NCBI GenBank assembly: GCA_003343885.1
Contig: QAKH01000071.1
Span: forward strand, 7,357 to 71,356
Source: Clostridiales bacterium
GTDB taxonomy: Bacteria; Bacillota; Clostridia; Oscillospirales; CAG-382
Length of the DNA stretch: 64,000 nt
Direction: 5' to 3'
Program-made: the position numbers and the translations under genes
Shown here: piece after piece, positions 53,426 through 63,574 of the stretch
How positions within the stretch are numbered: position 1 is the stretch's first letter
Layout: each line of letters starts with the position of its first letter
The notes under the pieces: generated by a model
Database searches by the model: none
Told to the model about the DNA's origin: nothing
The model's input: only the letters and a program-made list of their open reading frames with translations

Positions 53426-53581
53426 AATCAGTTCCTTTCCATGTCCGTGTCTTTATATCGTACACCTATTAGATACGTTTTAGAATATAACATACAGACA
53501 TAACCGTGTCAATATCAAAATTACAAAAATTATCAATAATATTACTACGGATCTTGCTTTATCTAAAGCGCATAGTATAAC

Positions 53582-55321
53582 TTAAATTTCCAGTATGTTT
53601 TTATCTTTTATAGCAAAGTGCCTGTTGCATATTGCAAGCGCCGCCTTTTTGTGCGTTACTATTATACAGGTTCTGTCTGTCATCTTTTTTAGATTTGCAA
53701 GCAGTTCCGCTTCATTTGCCTCGTCAAGAGCACTTGTCGCTTCGTCTAACAGAAGAATGGGAGCTTCTGAGAGGATTGCTCTCGCAACCGAAATCCTTTG
53801 AATTTGTCCTTCTGACAACCCAACGCCGTTTTCACCTATTACGGAATCAATTCCGTCGGGTAGCTCGTCAATGAAACGGTCCGCACATGCACATTCTATT
53901 GCTTTTCGTATTGCCTCGTCGCTTACCTTCTTTTCGTCAGTCATAAACAACAGATTTTCACGTATTGAGCCCGAGAAAAGCATGTTTCCCTGCGGAACAT
54001 ACGCAAACAGTGTCCTTGTTCTCCCGGAAACAGGTATATTTTCAGTATCTGTTAATATTTCCGCTGTGCCTGAAGAAATAGGGTAAATATCAAGAAGAAT
54101 CTTGAAAAGTGTGCTTTTGCCTATACCGGACATGCCGGTAATTGATACAAAATCACCACGGTTAATAGTACAGGAACAGTTTTTCAAAACAGGATTTTCT
54201 TCATCATACGAAAAATCAACATTTTTAACTTCAATGCTTTTCATGTACCGGTACACATCGTGAGCGTTAACAGGATCTCCGTTAACAGTGTCTGACTCAA
54301 GTTCTTCTATTTCAATAAGTCGAGTGGCAGACGACAGTGCTGAGTAATACCTCGGCATTATACCCGACATATTTGCAAAAGGCTGCTGTACCTGCCCTAC
54401 AAGCTGTGTGAGAGCAGTAAGAGTACCGTAATCCATCGTGCCGGAAAACAGGCAAAATGCACCGTATCCAATTGCAAATATATTTCCTAACCGCACAATA
54501 AAAGCAGTACCGAACATTGAAATGGTTCCAATCATGGATCTTTTCATTCTGAGATTAAAATGTTCGGCCATAAGCTCTTTCGATTTCTCCGATGATTTTT
54601 TTTCGTTAGCAAAAGCCTTAACAACAATGAGATGTTCGAATATTTCCTGCCAGAAAGAGCGGGTGCGGCCGTCAGCCTGCTGCATTACTCTGTGATAGTA
54701 TTGTACTTTTGATTTTAGCAGACGGGACATAGTAAAAATTATTATGCCTCCGATGGCAAACACCAGCGCAAATCTCCAGTCAAAAGCAATAAGCACCGCC
54801 ATTGCGCATATAAGGCGTACTGACATCATCACAACATTCGGTATTATGGTAGTCGCAGCGTCTGAAATTACTGCAACGTCGCCGGTTAACCTGTTTACAA
54901 GGTCACCCGTGTGATGATCCTTAAGAGCCGAATATCTCCTCTTTATCATGCTTTCAAACATTCTTGAGCGGAAAAGAATTTCAAGTTTTGCTTTGCATCT
55001 TTCGGTCACATACCGCATAACCGCGTGTACTCCGATAAGAGAGAGCGCAACAGCGAGATATATGGCGATAAATGTAAACATTCTGCTTTCGTCTTTACCA
55101 TCCGCACTGTTTATGATTTCTCTTGAAAAAAGAGCCGTGGCTGTTCCGAAAACCGCCCACAGTGCTTCACCCAAAATAATAGCTATAATGGTCGGAAGCT
55201 GTGGCTTTGAAACCTCAAAAATCCACTTCAGCGCCCGCCTGTTAGCCTCCTTATCCTGATGTTTGTCATAGTTTCCGTTAAGCTCGGAAGCTTTCATATC
55301 TCTCGGAAAATCGCCTTTCAT
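53582..55321 (-). CDS. ABC exporter, fused permease/ATPase
   Basis: 579 aa with a 6-TM domain and an NBD containing [17 protein letters not shown] and LLDEATS. Confidence 0.9.
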   Translation of the reverse strand: MKGDFPRDMKASELNGNYDKHQDKEANRRALKWIFEVSKPQLPTIIAIILGEALWAVFGTATALFSREIINSADGKDESRMFTFIAIYLAVALSLIGVHAVMRYVTERCKAKLEILFRSRMFESMIKRRYSALKDHHTGDLVNRLTGDVAVISDAATTIIPNVVMMSVRLICAMAVLIAFDWRFALVFAIGGIIIFTMSRLLKSKVQYYHRVMQQADGRTRSFWQEIFEHLIVVKAFANEKKSSEKSKELMAEHFNLRMKRSMIGTISMFGTAFIVRLGNIFAIGYGAFCLFSGTMDYGTLTALTQLVGQVQQPFANMSGIMPRYYSALSSATRLIEIEELESDTVNGDPVNAHDVYRYMKSIEVKNVDFSYDEENPVLKNCSCTINRGDFVSITGMSGIGKSTLFKILLDIYPISSGTAEILTDTENIPVSGRTRTLFAYVPQGNMLFSGSIRENLLFMTDEKKVSDEAIRKAIECACADRFIDELPDGIDSVIGENGVGLSEGQIQRISVARAILSEAPILLLDEATSALDEANEAELLANLKKMTDRTCIIVTHKKAALAICNRHFAIKDKNILEI

Positions 55322-55413
55322 TTATATATCACAGCCTTTGTTAAATTATAAGTGTTATAAAATTCTACGGCATATACGGGTATATACGGTATATGTATGT
55401 ATATGACATTTAT

Positions 55414-55542
55414 ATAGTATGAGTCAAAACGGACTCCGTCCTTCGCGACAGCGTCAAAATTCGGTGTGGTCTGGCGGCAGTATCCGTAACAGCTCATGTG
55501 GTCCGGTCTTAGTGTATCGATATCCACAAAGAGAACTCTCAT
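55414..55542 (-). pseudogene. 5' stub of a sulfatase gene (first ~43 codons only)
   Basis: RBS GGGAGGAAAG precedes ATG 55542. [43 protein letters not shown] matches a sulfatase N-terminus but stops before the C/S-x-P-x-R FGly motif. The frame then runs into TA-rich repeats. Confidence 0.6.
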
Positions 55543-55605
55543 AAACTTTCCTCCCTTGACTTTTAGTCCAGAAAATATTATAATTATCCATACAAGGTAT
55601 GTCAA

Positions 55606-56358
55606 GTGTCATATATGGAAGCTGGTGATCGCATGGAAAACGCTGCTGTGCCTGCTCTGTCCCGAGGATTGGAGCTGATTGAATATGTTTCTCATCTCCA
55701 GCCTGTCGGATTTAACCGGCTGCAAAAGGAAACGGGATTAAATACAAGCAGTCTTAACAGAATCATAAAAACGCTTATTCAGTATGATTACGTGGTGAAA
55801 AACGATGAAGGCAAATATGTTCTCGGAATAAAACCGTTTACACTGTCATACGGTAACTCGTCCTGGCAGGCGCTGTCAACAGAAATACGTGAAATGCTTG
55901 AGAGAATATGCAGAGAGTATGATGTAACGTCAATGTTTGTCACGTATTTTACCTCAGGTTGCTACGTGCTTGATAAATGTGTATGTCCAAATAACCTCGC
56001 TATGCGTTCTGTCGGCGATCTTGCCGACGATTATCTGAACACGCCGTGGGGGCTTTTAAAATACTTTGAGATGTCAGATTCAGAAAAAAGAGAGTTTTTG
56101 AAATTAAGCGGCAAGAAGCATAAAAAAGCGTACGATGTTATTTTTGAACTGTTTGAGCAATGTGGTTATGCAGACGACGGATCGTTGCTTCATCAAAGAC
56201 TCAGAAGAATAGCCGCACCTGTGTATGATAAATACGGCCACCTTGCCGCATCGGTTGCAATAGGCTCGTTTTCCCAGCTTATTGATGAAAAAACTGCGGC
56301 TAAACTCGGCTGTGAGCTTTTGAAAAGTTCAAGAACCCTGTCTGATAAATTAAAATGA
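55606..56358 (+). CDS. IclR-family transcriptional regulator
   Basis: It has an N-terminal wHTH ([13 protein letters not shown]...[22 protein letters not shown]) and a C-terminal effector domain. The start is ambiguous (GTG 55606 or ATG 55615/55633). Confidence 0.8.
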   Translation: MSYMEAGDRMENAAVPALSRGLELIEYVSHLQPVGFNRLQKETGLNTSSLNRIIKTLIQYDYVVKNDEGKYVLGIKPFTLSYGNSSWQALSTEIREMLERICREYDVTSMFVTYFTSGCYVLDKCVCPNNLAMRSVGDLADDYLNTPWGLLKYFEMSDSEKREFLKLSGKKHKKAYDVIFELFEQCGYADDGSLLHQRLRRIAAPVYDKYGHLAASVAIGSFSQLIDEKTAAKLGCELLKSSRTLSDKLK

Positions 56359-56419
56359 ACGAAAGTGTTTCATTCAGTTGAAAATCAAAACGATGTACCA
56401 TTAAAAACGGAGTGATATT

Positions 56420-57541
56420 ATGCCGCCAATACATATGCTTATAAAACCGGCGTCAAGCCTGTGCAACATGAGGTGCAAATACTGTTTTTATTCTGATGTA
56501 TCTGAGCACCGGGAAATTAAATCGTACGGTTTGATGGATATTGCACTTCTCGAAAAAATAACCGAAAAAGCGCTTTCGGAAGCGGAAGGGGAGTGCAGCT
56601 TTTCTTTTCAGGGCGGCGAGCCAACATTAGCAGGTCTTGATTTCTATAAAAAGCTTTCTGAATTTCAGAAGAAGTATAATAAAAAGAAATTGAAAATAAA
56701 TAACGCAATTCAGACCAATGGATATTGTATCGATCATGAATGGGCGGAATTTTTTGCAAAAAACAACTATCTTGTAGGACTTTCCGTAGACGGAAGCAAA
56801 GAAATGCATGATTATATGAGAGTTGACGCACAGGGAAAGGGTACTTATTCCAGAATCATGAAAACGTCGGCGATTTTTGATAAATATAACGTGCAGTACA
56901 ATATTCTTTGCGTCGTAAACAATTTTGTGGCAAGACGTCCGACAAAGGTATATAACGACTTAAAAAAGTTTAAATATTTGCAGTTTATTCCGTGCCTTGA
57001 CGGGTTTGACGGCGAAAAACGTGATTTTTCTCTTGATACGGAAAGGTATGCAGAGTTTCTTAAGGTAACTTTTGATTGCTATTATAATGACTTTGTAAGC
57101 GGAAATTACGTCAGTATAAGAAACTTTGACAACTATGTCATGATGCTTTGCGGACGAATACCGGAAGCGTGCGGAATGCTTGGATTTTGTTCCTGCTACT
57201 TTGTAATTGAAGGCGACGGAAGCGTTTTCCCGTGCGACTTTTACGTTGTAGATAAATATAAGCTCGGCAATATAGCGCAAAGTTCATTTTCAGAACTACG
57301 GGCAAGTCCGAACGCTTTGCTTTTTACCGAGCAGTCAAAATATGTAAGCGAAGAGTGCCGCGAGTGCAAGTGAATAAACATCTGCCGGGGCGGCTGCCGT
57401 CGTAACCGGGAACCTTTTGTGGATGGAAAACCTGGATTAAATATTTACTGCAATGCTTATAAGCAGTTTTTTGAATACGCTTACGAAAGAATGTGTCATT
57501 TGGCAAGTATTGCGCGAGGCGGCGGAAATTACGGTGCTTGA
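56420..57541 (+). pseudogene. anaerobic sulfatase-maturating enzyme (radical SAM/SPASM) interrupted by an in-frame TGA at 57371-57373
   Basis: Contains CNMRCKYC (CX3CX2C) and GGEPTL. It is colinear end to end with my recollection of C. perfringens anSME. The 56 codons after the TGA encode the missing INICRGGCRRNRE...YCNAYKQFFEYA tail. Confidence 0.75.
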
Positions 57542-57557
57542 CTAAAACAAAAAATAT

Positions 57558-57601
57558 AAAAGCGGAAGCAGTCATTTGTCGTGACAACTTCCGCTTTTTT
57601 G
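57558..57601. terminator. bidirectional intrinsic terminator between the anSME locus and ptsI
   Basis: Stem AAAGCGGAAG / CTTCCGCTTT, with T-runs on the plus strand and A-runs before it. Confidence 0.8.
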
Positions 57602-57614
57602 CATGCTAAAAATT

Positions 57615-59324
57615 TCATTCTACGCAGTGCTTTTTCAATTCTTCCTTTATTTCTTCTGTCGTTTCAAGCGACATAACTGCTCTCGCGACACTATCTGCCT
57701 GCTCTTTTGTCCAACGTGCAATTTCTTTTCTTGTGGATAAAACAGACGTAGATGATACGCTGAATTCATCAAGCCCAAACGACAAAAGCAGTGGTATGAG
57801 CATGGGATCGGCTGCGGCTTCTCCGCACATTCCTACCGGTATTCCGGCTTTCTTTGCCGATTCGATTACGTACTTTATAAGCCGTAATACCGACGGAGCG
57901 AAAGCCGAATATAGATATGCTACATTTGTGTTTCCTCGGTCAACAGCCAAAGTGTAACCGGTAAGGTCGTTGGTTCCTATGCTGAAAAAGTCTGCTTCTT
58001 TCGCAAGAATATCAGCTGTAACAGCAGCTGCCGGCGTTTCAATCATTACTCCGAGTTTTATGTTTTTATCGTACTCCGTACCGTTCTTGTCAAAATCTTC
58101 CTTGATTTCCTCCAACATCTTTCTTACGGCTCTCAATTCCTCAATTCCAGTAACAAGTGGAATCATAATAGAAAGATTTCCATATGCGCTTGCACGAAGA
58201 AGCGCCCTTAGCTGTGAAATAAAAATCTGATCGTTTTTAAGACAGTATCTGACTGCACGGAATCCCAAAAAAGGATTGTCTTCCTTTTCAAGACCGAGAT
58301 AGGGAATAGCCTTGTCGCCTCCGATATCAAGAGTTCGTATGATTACCGGCTTGTCTTTCATTATGAGCAAAGCCTTCTTATATGCCTCAAACTGCTCATT
58401 TTCATCAGGCGCGGAGTTTCTGTCCATAAATAGGAATTCTGTTCTGAAAAGTCCAACACCCTCCGCGTCCTGCATCTTGACCGACTCAGCGTCTTCCGGA
58501 GTGCCTATGTTCCCGAACAAGTCGACCTTTATACCATCCTTGGTTATTGTTGGTTTACCTATAAAATGTGAAAGCGATTCCCTCTGCTCGGCAAATTTCT
58601 TTTGCTTTTCAAGATAGCTTTCTGTCTCCTCATCGGTAGGATCTGTTAAAACAATACCTTGAGAACCGTCAACCACAACATTTCTGCCGCTTTCCATAAT
58701 GCCTGTCACATTATCAACGCCGAGTACGGCGGGAATCTGCATGGCTCTTGCCAGTATTGCGGCGTGAGAAGTGTCGGAACCGGTTTCCGTTATAAATCCG
58801 ACAACATTTTCTTTGTTTATTTTAGCTGTCATGGAGGGAGTCAGTTCTTTAACAACTAAAACAGTTCCTTTTTCAAGATTTGAAAAATCTGTTTCTGCAG
58901 CGCCGGTAAGAATACTTAACATTTCTTCTTTTATGTCCTTGACGTCGGCGGCTCTCTGGCGTGTAAACTCGTCGTCTACTCCTGAAAACATGGCGATAAA
59001 AGTGTCACAGACTGCCGAAACAGCGCCCTCGGCACTTACACCGTCATTGATGTTTTTCTCTATTTCTGATTTCATGTAAGGATCCTGCATCATAACTATA
59101 TGACCGGTAATTATTTCACTTTCTTTTTCTCCAACCGTTTCAGATAGTTTTTGAGCGAGTTTTGTGTTTTTGTCGAGAAAAACTTCAAGTGCGTCATTGA
59201 AACGATTGAGCTCAGTAGCGGAATCGCATCTTTTATCGGCCGCAAAGCTTATCTCAGATTCCTTAACTACGAACACTTTCCCTATACCATATCCTTTTGA
59301 TACGCCTAAACCTTTGAGAATCAT
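57615..59324 (-). CDS. ptsI: phosphoenolpyruvate-protein phosphotransferase (PTS enzyme I)
   Basis: MILKGLGVSKGYGIGKV is the N-terminus, GSDTSHAAILARA carries the phospho-His, and MCGE is present. ATG 59324 follows the RBS GGAGGAG; the track ORF starts further upstream. Confidence 0.95.
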   Translation of the reverse strand: MILKGLGVSKGYGIGKVFVVKESEISFAADKRCDSATELNRFNDALEVFLDKNTKLAQKLSETVGEKESEIITGHIVMMQDPYMKSEIEKNINDGVSAEGAVSAVCDTFIAMFSGVDDEFTRQRAADVKDIKEEMLSILTGAAETDFSNLEKGTVLVVKELTPSMTAKINKENVVGFITETGSDTSHAAILARAMQIPAVLGVDNVTGIMESGRNVVVDGSQGIVLTDPTDEETESYLEKQKKFAEQRESLSHFIGKPTITKDGIKVDLFGNIGTPEDAESVKMQDAEGVGLFRTEFLFMDRNSAPDENEQFEAYKKALLIMKDKPVIIRTLDIGGDKAIPYLGLEKEDNPFLGFRAVRYCLKNDQIFISQLRALLRASAYGNLSIMIPLVTGIEELRAVRKMLEEIKEDFDKNGTEYDKNIKLGVMIETPAAAVTADILAKEADFFSIGTNDLTGYTLAVDRGNTNVAYLYSAFAPSVLRLIKYVIESAKKAGIPVGMCGEAAADPMLIPLLLSFGLDEFSVSSTSVLSTRKEIARWTKEQADSVARAVMSLETTEEIKEELKKHCVE

Positions 59325-59404
59325 GTGAAACTCCTCCGTAAAAAATGGCGGACGAACCAAGTTTAGTATATAATCCGATCCGACCGCCAAAAAGTTTTTG
59401 ATTA

Positions 59405-59431
59405 TTATTCGTATTATTCGCCTTATTCGCC
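59405..59431. repeat. 9-bp tandem repeat x3 spanning the ptsH stop codon
   Basis: The plus strand reads TTATTCGTA TTATTCGCC TTATTCGCC. On the minus strand this is GGCGAATAA GGCGAATAA TACGAATAA, which gives three in-frame TAA codons. Confidence 0.7.
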
Positions 59432-59686
59432 GAAACCGCTTTCAACCATTTTTACTGCTTCGTCTAACGCTTCTTGTTCGCGTTCTCCGCTGCATTCAAT
59501 TTCAATTTCGGTCCCGCACTTAATGCATGCGGCGATAATATTCATAATGCTTTTTCCGTTGGTTACAGTGCCGTTTGATTTTATAGATACGTCGCAGGGA
59601 TACTTTGCCATTGCATTAGCAAATGTCATTGCAGGACGCATGTGAAAGCCTTGAGAATTTGTAACAGTAAGTTTTTTGGATACCAT
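59423..59686 (-). CDS. ptsH: phosphocarrier protein HPr
   Basis: 87 aa. GFHMRPA carries His15 and GKSIMNI is the Ser46 region. Confidence 0.9.
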   Translation of the reverse strand: MVSKKLTVTNSQGFHMRPAMTFANAMAKYPCDVSIKSNGTVTNGKSIMNIIAACIKCGTEIEIECSGEREQEALDEAVKMVESGFGE

Positions 59687-59699
59687 GTCAATACACCCT

Positions 59700-61613
59700 T
59701 TACTTATTGATATTTTTTTTGAATAGTCCGAGAAGTACCATGGCTACAACCGATCCTACGGCAAGAGACAGCAAATACATTGGCCAGTTGCCTACAACGG
59801 CAAATACGAATATTCCTCCGTGCGGTGCCATAAGCGTGCATTTGAAGAACATTGACATAGCTCCTGCTATACCTGAACCTATCATGCATGCCGGAATTAC
59901 TCTTAGAGGATCGCTTGCTGCATACGGAATGGCTCCCTCTGTTATAAAGCTCAATCCCATAATATAGTTGACCGGACCGCTCTTTCTTTCTTCTTCGGTA
60001 AACTTGTTTTTAAAGAAGGTGGTTGCGAGCGCTATTGCAAGGGGAGGAACCATACCGCCTACCATAACGGCAGCCATAATATCATAGTTGCCGGAGGTTA
60101 TAGCAGCTGTACCGAATACATACGCAGCCTTGTTGAACGGACCGCCCATATCAATAGACATCATTGCTCCGAGAACAAGACCGAGCAATACCTTGCTTGC
60201 GTCTCCCATAGAATTGAGCAGGTTTGTAAGTCCGGAATTTATAAGTCCCATAATCGGGTTGACGGCACACATGATTACCGAAATCATTCCGAGTCCCGCG
60301 AGCGGATAAATCAGAACAGGTTTTATTCCCTCAAGAGATTTCGGAAGCTTGTCGCAAACCTTTCTGAGTCCGAGCATGAGGTAACCGCCTACGAATCCGG
60401 CAAACAATGCGCCGAGGAATCCGGACGGGATGTCGCCGTTTACATTAGTGAAGGTAGCTCCGGTGGTTGCGAGATATCCGCCGACAAAACCGACAAGCAG
60501 ACCGGGACGGTCGGCAATTGACAAACCAATATATCCGGCAAGAATCGGAATCATGAAGTTAAATGCGACGTTGCCCATTGTTTTGAAGAATGCGGCGACA
60601 GGAGTGTTCGTACCGAATCCGGAGTCTTGAGGAGCGCCGAGAATAGTGTCAATCAAAAACGCTAAGGCGATGAAAATACCGCCGCCGACGACAAACGGAA
60701 GCATGTTGGAAACACCGTTCATAAGATGCTTGTATATTTTTCTTCCAAAGCTTTCGTCAGACTCTGAAGAGGACGCATGCTTCTCGCCGCTGTATCTGTA
60801 TACCGGCGCTGTTTCGGATAATACCTGATTTATAAGCTCTGCGGGCTTCTTGATACCGTCGGAAACTTTGACGCTGATAAGCTTTTTACCGTCAAAACGT
60901 TCTGTTTCAACGCTTTTGTCAGCTGCAATAATAATTCCCTCGGCGTTTTCAATTTCTTCCTTTGTGAGTACGTTCTTTGCTCCGCCCGAACCGTTTGTTT
61001 CAACTTTAATGGATATGCCGAGTTCTTTGCCGGCTTTTTCAAGCGCCTCAGCCGCCATATAAGTGTGGGCAATTCCGGTAGGGCAGGCAGTAACAGCCAA
61101 AACTCTGTAAGTACCGGCTTTAGCTGTCGGTGCTTGTTCAGCCGGACTTTCCGGATATTTCGCTTTCTCTGCATTGTCAATTGCTTTTATAAACTCTTCA
61201 GCGTTTTTAGCAGAAAGCAAATTGTTTCGAAAACCTTCATCCATAAGCAGTACCATAAGTCTTGAGAGAACCTCAAGATGGAAGCTTCCGTCATTTGGCG
61301 CAGCAATCATGAAAAGAATGTTTGAAGGTTTGCCGTCAAGAGATTCATAATCTACGCCGCCGGGAACTGTTACAGCGGAAAGACCTGGTTTCTTTACGGC
61401 TTCCGATTTTGCGTGGGGTATTGCAACACCGTCACCGACTGCCGTAGAGCCTTGAGCCTCTCGTGCAAGAATATCGCTTTTATATTTTCCGACATCACTG
61501 AGATTTCCGGCAGCCTGATGAAGATTTATAAGCTTATCAATTGCTTCTGCCTTATTTTTCAGCTCAATTCCCAAAGAAATGCTTTCTTTGCAGAGCAAAT
61601 CTGATATTTTCAT
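59700..61613 (-). CDS. fruA: PTS fructose-specific EIIABC component
   Basis: The N-terminus is EIIA type-2 (GVAIPHAKS), followed by EIIB (ACPTGIAHTYMAAEAL) and a polytopic EIIC. Confidence 0.9.
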   Translation of the reverse strand: MKISDLLCKESISLGIELKNKAEAIDKLINLHQAAGNLSDVGKYKSDILAREAQGSTAVGDGVAIPHAKSEAVKKPGLSAVTVPGGVDYESLDGKPSNILFMIAAPNDGSFHLEVLSRLMVLLMDEGFRNNLLSAKNAEEFIKAIDNAEKAKYPESPAEQAPTAKAGTYRVLAVTACPTGIAHTYMAAEALEKAGKELGISIKVETNGSGGAKNVLTKEEIENAEGIIIAADKSVETERFDGKKLISVKVSDGIKKPAELINQVLSETAPVYRYSGEKHASSSESDESFGRKIYKHLMNGVSNMLPFVVGGGIFIALAFLIDTILGAPQDSGFGTNTPVAAFFKTMGNVAFNFMIPILAGYIGLSIADRPGLLVGFVGGYLATTGATFTNVNGDIPSGFLGALFAGFVGGYLMLGLRKVCDKLPKSLEGIKPVLIYPLAGLGMISVIMCAVNPIMGLINSGLTNLLNSMGDASKVLLGLVLGAMMSIDMGGPFNKAAYVFGTAAITSGNYDIMAAVMVGGMVPPLAIALATTFFKNKFTEEERKSGPVNYIMGLSFITEGAIPYAASDPLRVIPACMIGSGIAGAMSMFFKCTLMAPHGGIFVFAVVGNWPMYLLSLAVGSVVAMVLLGLFKKNINK

Positions 61614-61654
61614 GCGTTTCCCTCCTAATTAGTTATTTGTTTTTATTTATAGTT

Positions 61655-62560
61655 TTATTTTTTCATAAACTGGTTAATCATATCTGCGTCGGCAAGGCCT
61701 TCGCTGCATGCAGTAGCACTTCCTGAAGCCGTTCCAAGCTTTAATGCGTAATCATAATCATGCATTTTTTCGTATCCGGCTATAAAACCTGCTACCATGG
61801 AGTCTCCGGAACCGACAGTGTTGACCACCTTGCCGTCGAGTGCCGGCATATAATGATCTTTTCCGTACTCATCGAGTAATACTGCGCCTTTTGCTCCCAT
61901 AGAAACGAGTACATTTTTTGCTCCCATTTCCTGTAACTTGGCAGCGTATTTTAAAGACTCTTCAACTACGGTTATCTCTTTTGAAAATATTTCGGAAAGT
62001 TCGCTTGTGTTTGGTTTTATAAGAAATGGCTTGTATTTCAGTGAGTTGAGAAGTAATTTTCCTGTTGCATCAACAACAAAGTTGATTTTCTTTCCTTCCT
62101 GGCGTTCCATGATGCGCTCGTATGTGTTTTCGGAAAGGGATGGCGGAATACTTCCCGCAAGGACCAAAGTGTCACCATCGTGAGTCCTTTCTAACTTGTC
62201 AAGCAGTGTTGCCGTTTTCTCAGCGCTTATATCAGGACCGCGCCCGTTTATATCTGTCTCCTCATCTGCACGAATTTTAATGTTTATTCTCGTGAATGAG
62301 TTTTCAAGGTATACAAAGTCTGTTAAGATTCCTTTGCTCTTCATTCCGTCCTCGATTGCCTTGCCGGTAAATCCTGCAAGAAATCCCATAGCAACTGACA
62401 GCACTCCGAGTTCGTGCAAAACAGTTGATACGTTAATACCTTTTCCTCCGAAAAATACGCTTTCGTTTTCACTTCTCATGATGTTTCCGGTTTCAAGCTT
62501 TGAAATATGTGTAACATAATCAACTGCCGGATTGAGAGTAACTGTGTATATCATCTGCAA
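61655..62560 (-). CDS. fruK: 1-phosphofructokinase
   Basis: PfkB family, with the motifs GGKGINV and TVGSGDSMVAGF. It sits between fruR and fruA. Confidence 0.9.
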   Translation of the reverse strand: MQMIYTVTLNPAVDYVTHISKLETGNIMRSENESVFFGGKGINVSTVLHELGVLSVAMGFLAGFTGKAIEDGMKSKGILTDFVYLENSFTRINIKIRADEETDINGRGPDISAEKTATLLDKLERTHDGDTLVLAGSIPPSLSENTYERIMERQEGKKINFVVDATGKLLLNSLKYKPFLIKPNTSELSEIFSKEITVVEESLKYAAKLQEMGAKNVLVSMGAKGAVLLDEYGKDHYMPALDGKVVNTVGSGDSMVAGFIAGYEKMHDYDYALKLGTASGSATACSEGLADADMINQFMKK

Positions 62561-63300
62561 ACCTCCTTTACAACCGTAAGAGCGCGATAGCCGTCATTTT
62601 TTAGGTAATCAGTTATAATGCATGCCTTTGACAGTTCAGAAAAACTTACCGACGCTGTCTTATCAAACTTACTGTGATCAGCGAGTACATAAGCAACGTA
62701 ACTTTTTTGAACGGCTATACGTTTTACACACGCTTCTTCAATGTCGTGAGTTGTAAAGCCGCCTTCGGGGGAAATGCCGTTTGTTCCCATAAAGCTCTTG
62801 GTGAAGTTGTAGTTTTTTAGCATTTCAACACAAGTTACTCCCACAAGAGCCTCGGTTGTCAGCTTGACTTCTCCGCCGGCTAAATATACCTTAAAACCCT
62901 TTTTTGCAAGCAGTCTTGCGTGATTAAGACCGTTAGTGACGAAAGTTGCACTTTTTTCCTCAAGATAGCCTATCATTTTTTCAGTTGTAGTGCCGGCATC
63001 AATGAATACTAAGTCATTGCTTCTTATTGTCTGCGCAGCATACATAGCTATCTTATCTTTTTCGTCTGAAAACAGCTTTTTCTTGTCGCTTACATTAGGT
63101 TCCGTCAATATCATCTGAGTTTCTAATTTCAGTGCGCCCCCGTGAACCTTTTTTAATGATTTGTTTCTGTCGAGAAAGGCTAAATCTCGGCGTATTGTTG
63201 ATTCTGATGTTCCGAGCTTTTCTACAAGCTCAGTAACCGAAACTGCACCTTTTTTCTCAATAGCATCAAGAATCAAAGCGTGTCTTTTTTCTGTTAGCAT
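62551..63300 (-). CDS. fruR: DeoR-family transcriptional repressor of the fructose operon
   Basis: The N-terminal HTH is RHALILDAIEKKGAVSVTELVEKLGTSESTIRRDL, followed by a DeoR C-terminal sensor domain. Confidence 0.9.
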   Translation of the reverse strand: MLTEKRHALILDAIEKKGAVSVTELVEKLGTSESTIRRDLAFLDRNKSLKKVHGGALKLETQMILTEPNVSDKKKLFSDEKDKIAMYAAQTIRSNDLVFIDAGTTTEKMIGYLEEKSATFVTNGLNHARLLAKKGFKVYLAGGEVKLTTEALVGVTCVEMLKNYNFTKSFMGTNGISPEGGFTTHDIEEACVKRIAVQKSYVAYVLADHSKFDKTASVSFSELSKACIITDYLKNDGYRALTVVKEVCR

Positions 63301-63482
63301 CAGCTGACCTCCGGCAACAAAATGACTGGTTTTGCTCTTTCGGTCATATCATACCACATATAAACGCCATTGTCAAGCATTTTCTTTCAAAAAACGTCAT
63401 TTTTTTATTTTTCATCAATTACCAAAGGTAAAACATAACTATTATTCCCAAAAACAATAATATGTTTCACAAAAATACAGAG

Positions 63483-63516
63483 TGATTTTGATGAAATATA
63501 TTGATTTTGACGAAAT
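63483..63516. promoter_or_regulatory. two 15-bp direct repeats TGATTTTGA(T/C)GAAAT in the fruR upstream region, a candidate DeoR/FruR operator
   Basis: The copies are 63483-63497 and 63502-63516, with a 19-bp period and 1 mismatch. Confidence 0.4.
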
Positions 63517-63574
63517 TAAATGTTAAAATTGAATTAAATAAATAAGAAATTGTTAATTATTAGGAGATGGCTTA

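Noticed and set aside
57371-57373. TGA in anSME as evidence of a reassigned genetic code (TGA=Trp or Gly) or selenocysteine
   Set aside because: TGA terminates well-conserved genes at their expected ends in the same window (fba 1281-1283, thyX 7695-7697). The homologous residue is Trp rather than Cys/Sec, and I see no convincing SECIS-like hairpin immediately downstream. A nonsense mutation or sequencing error is the simpler explanation.
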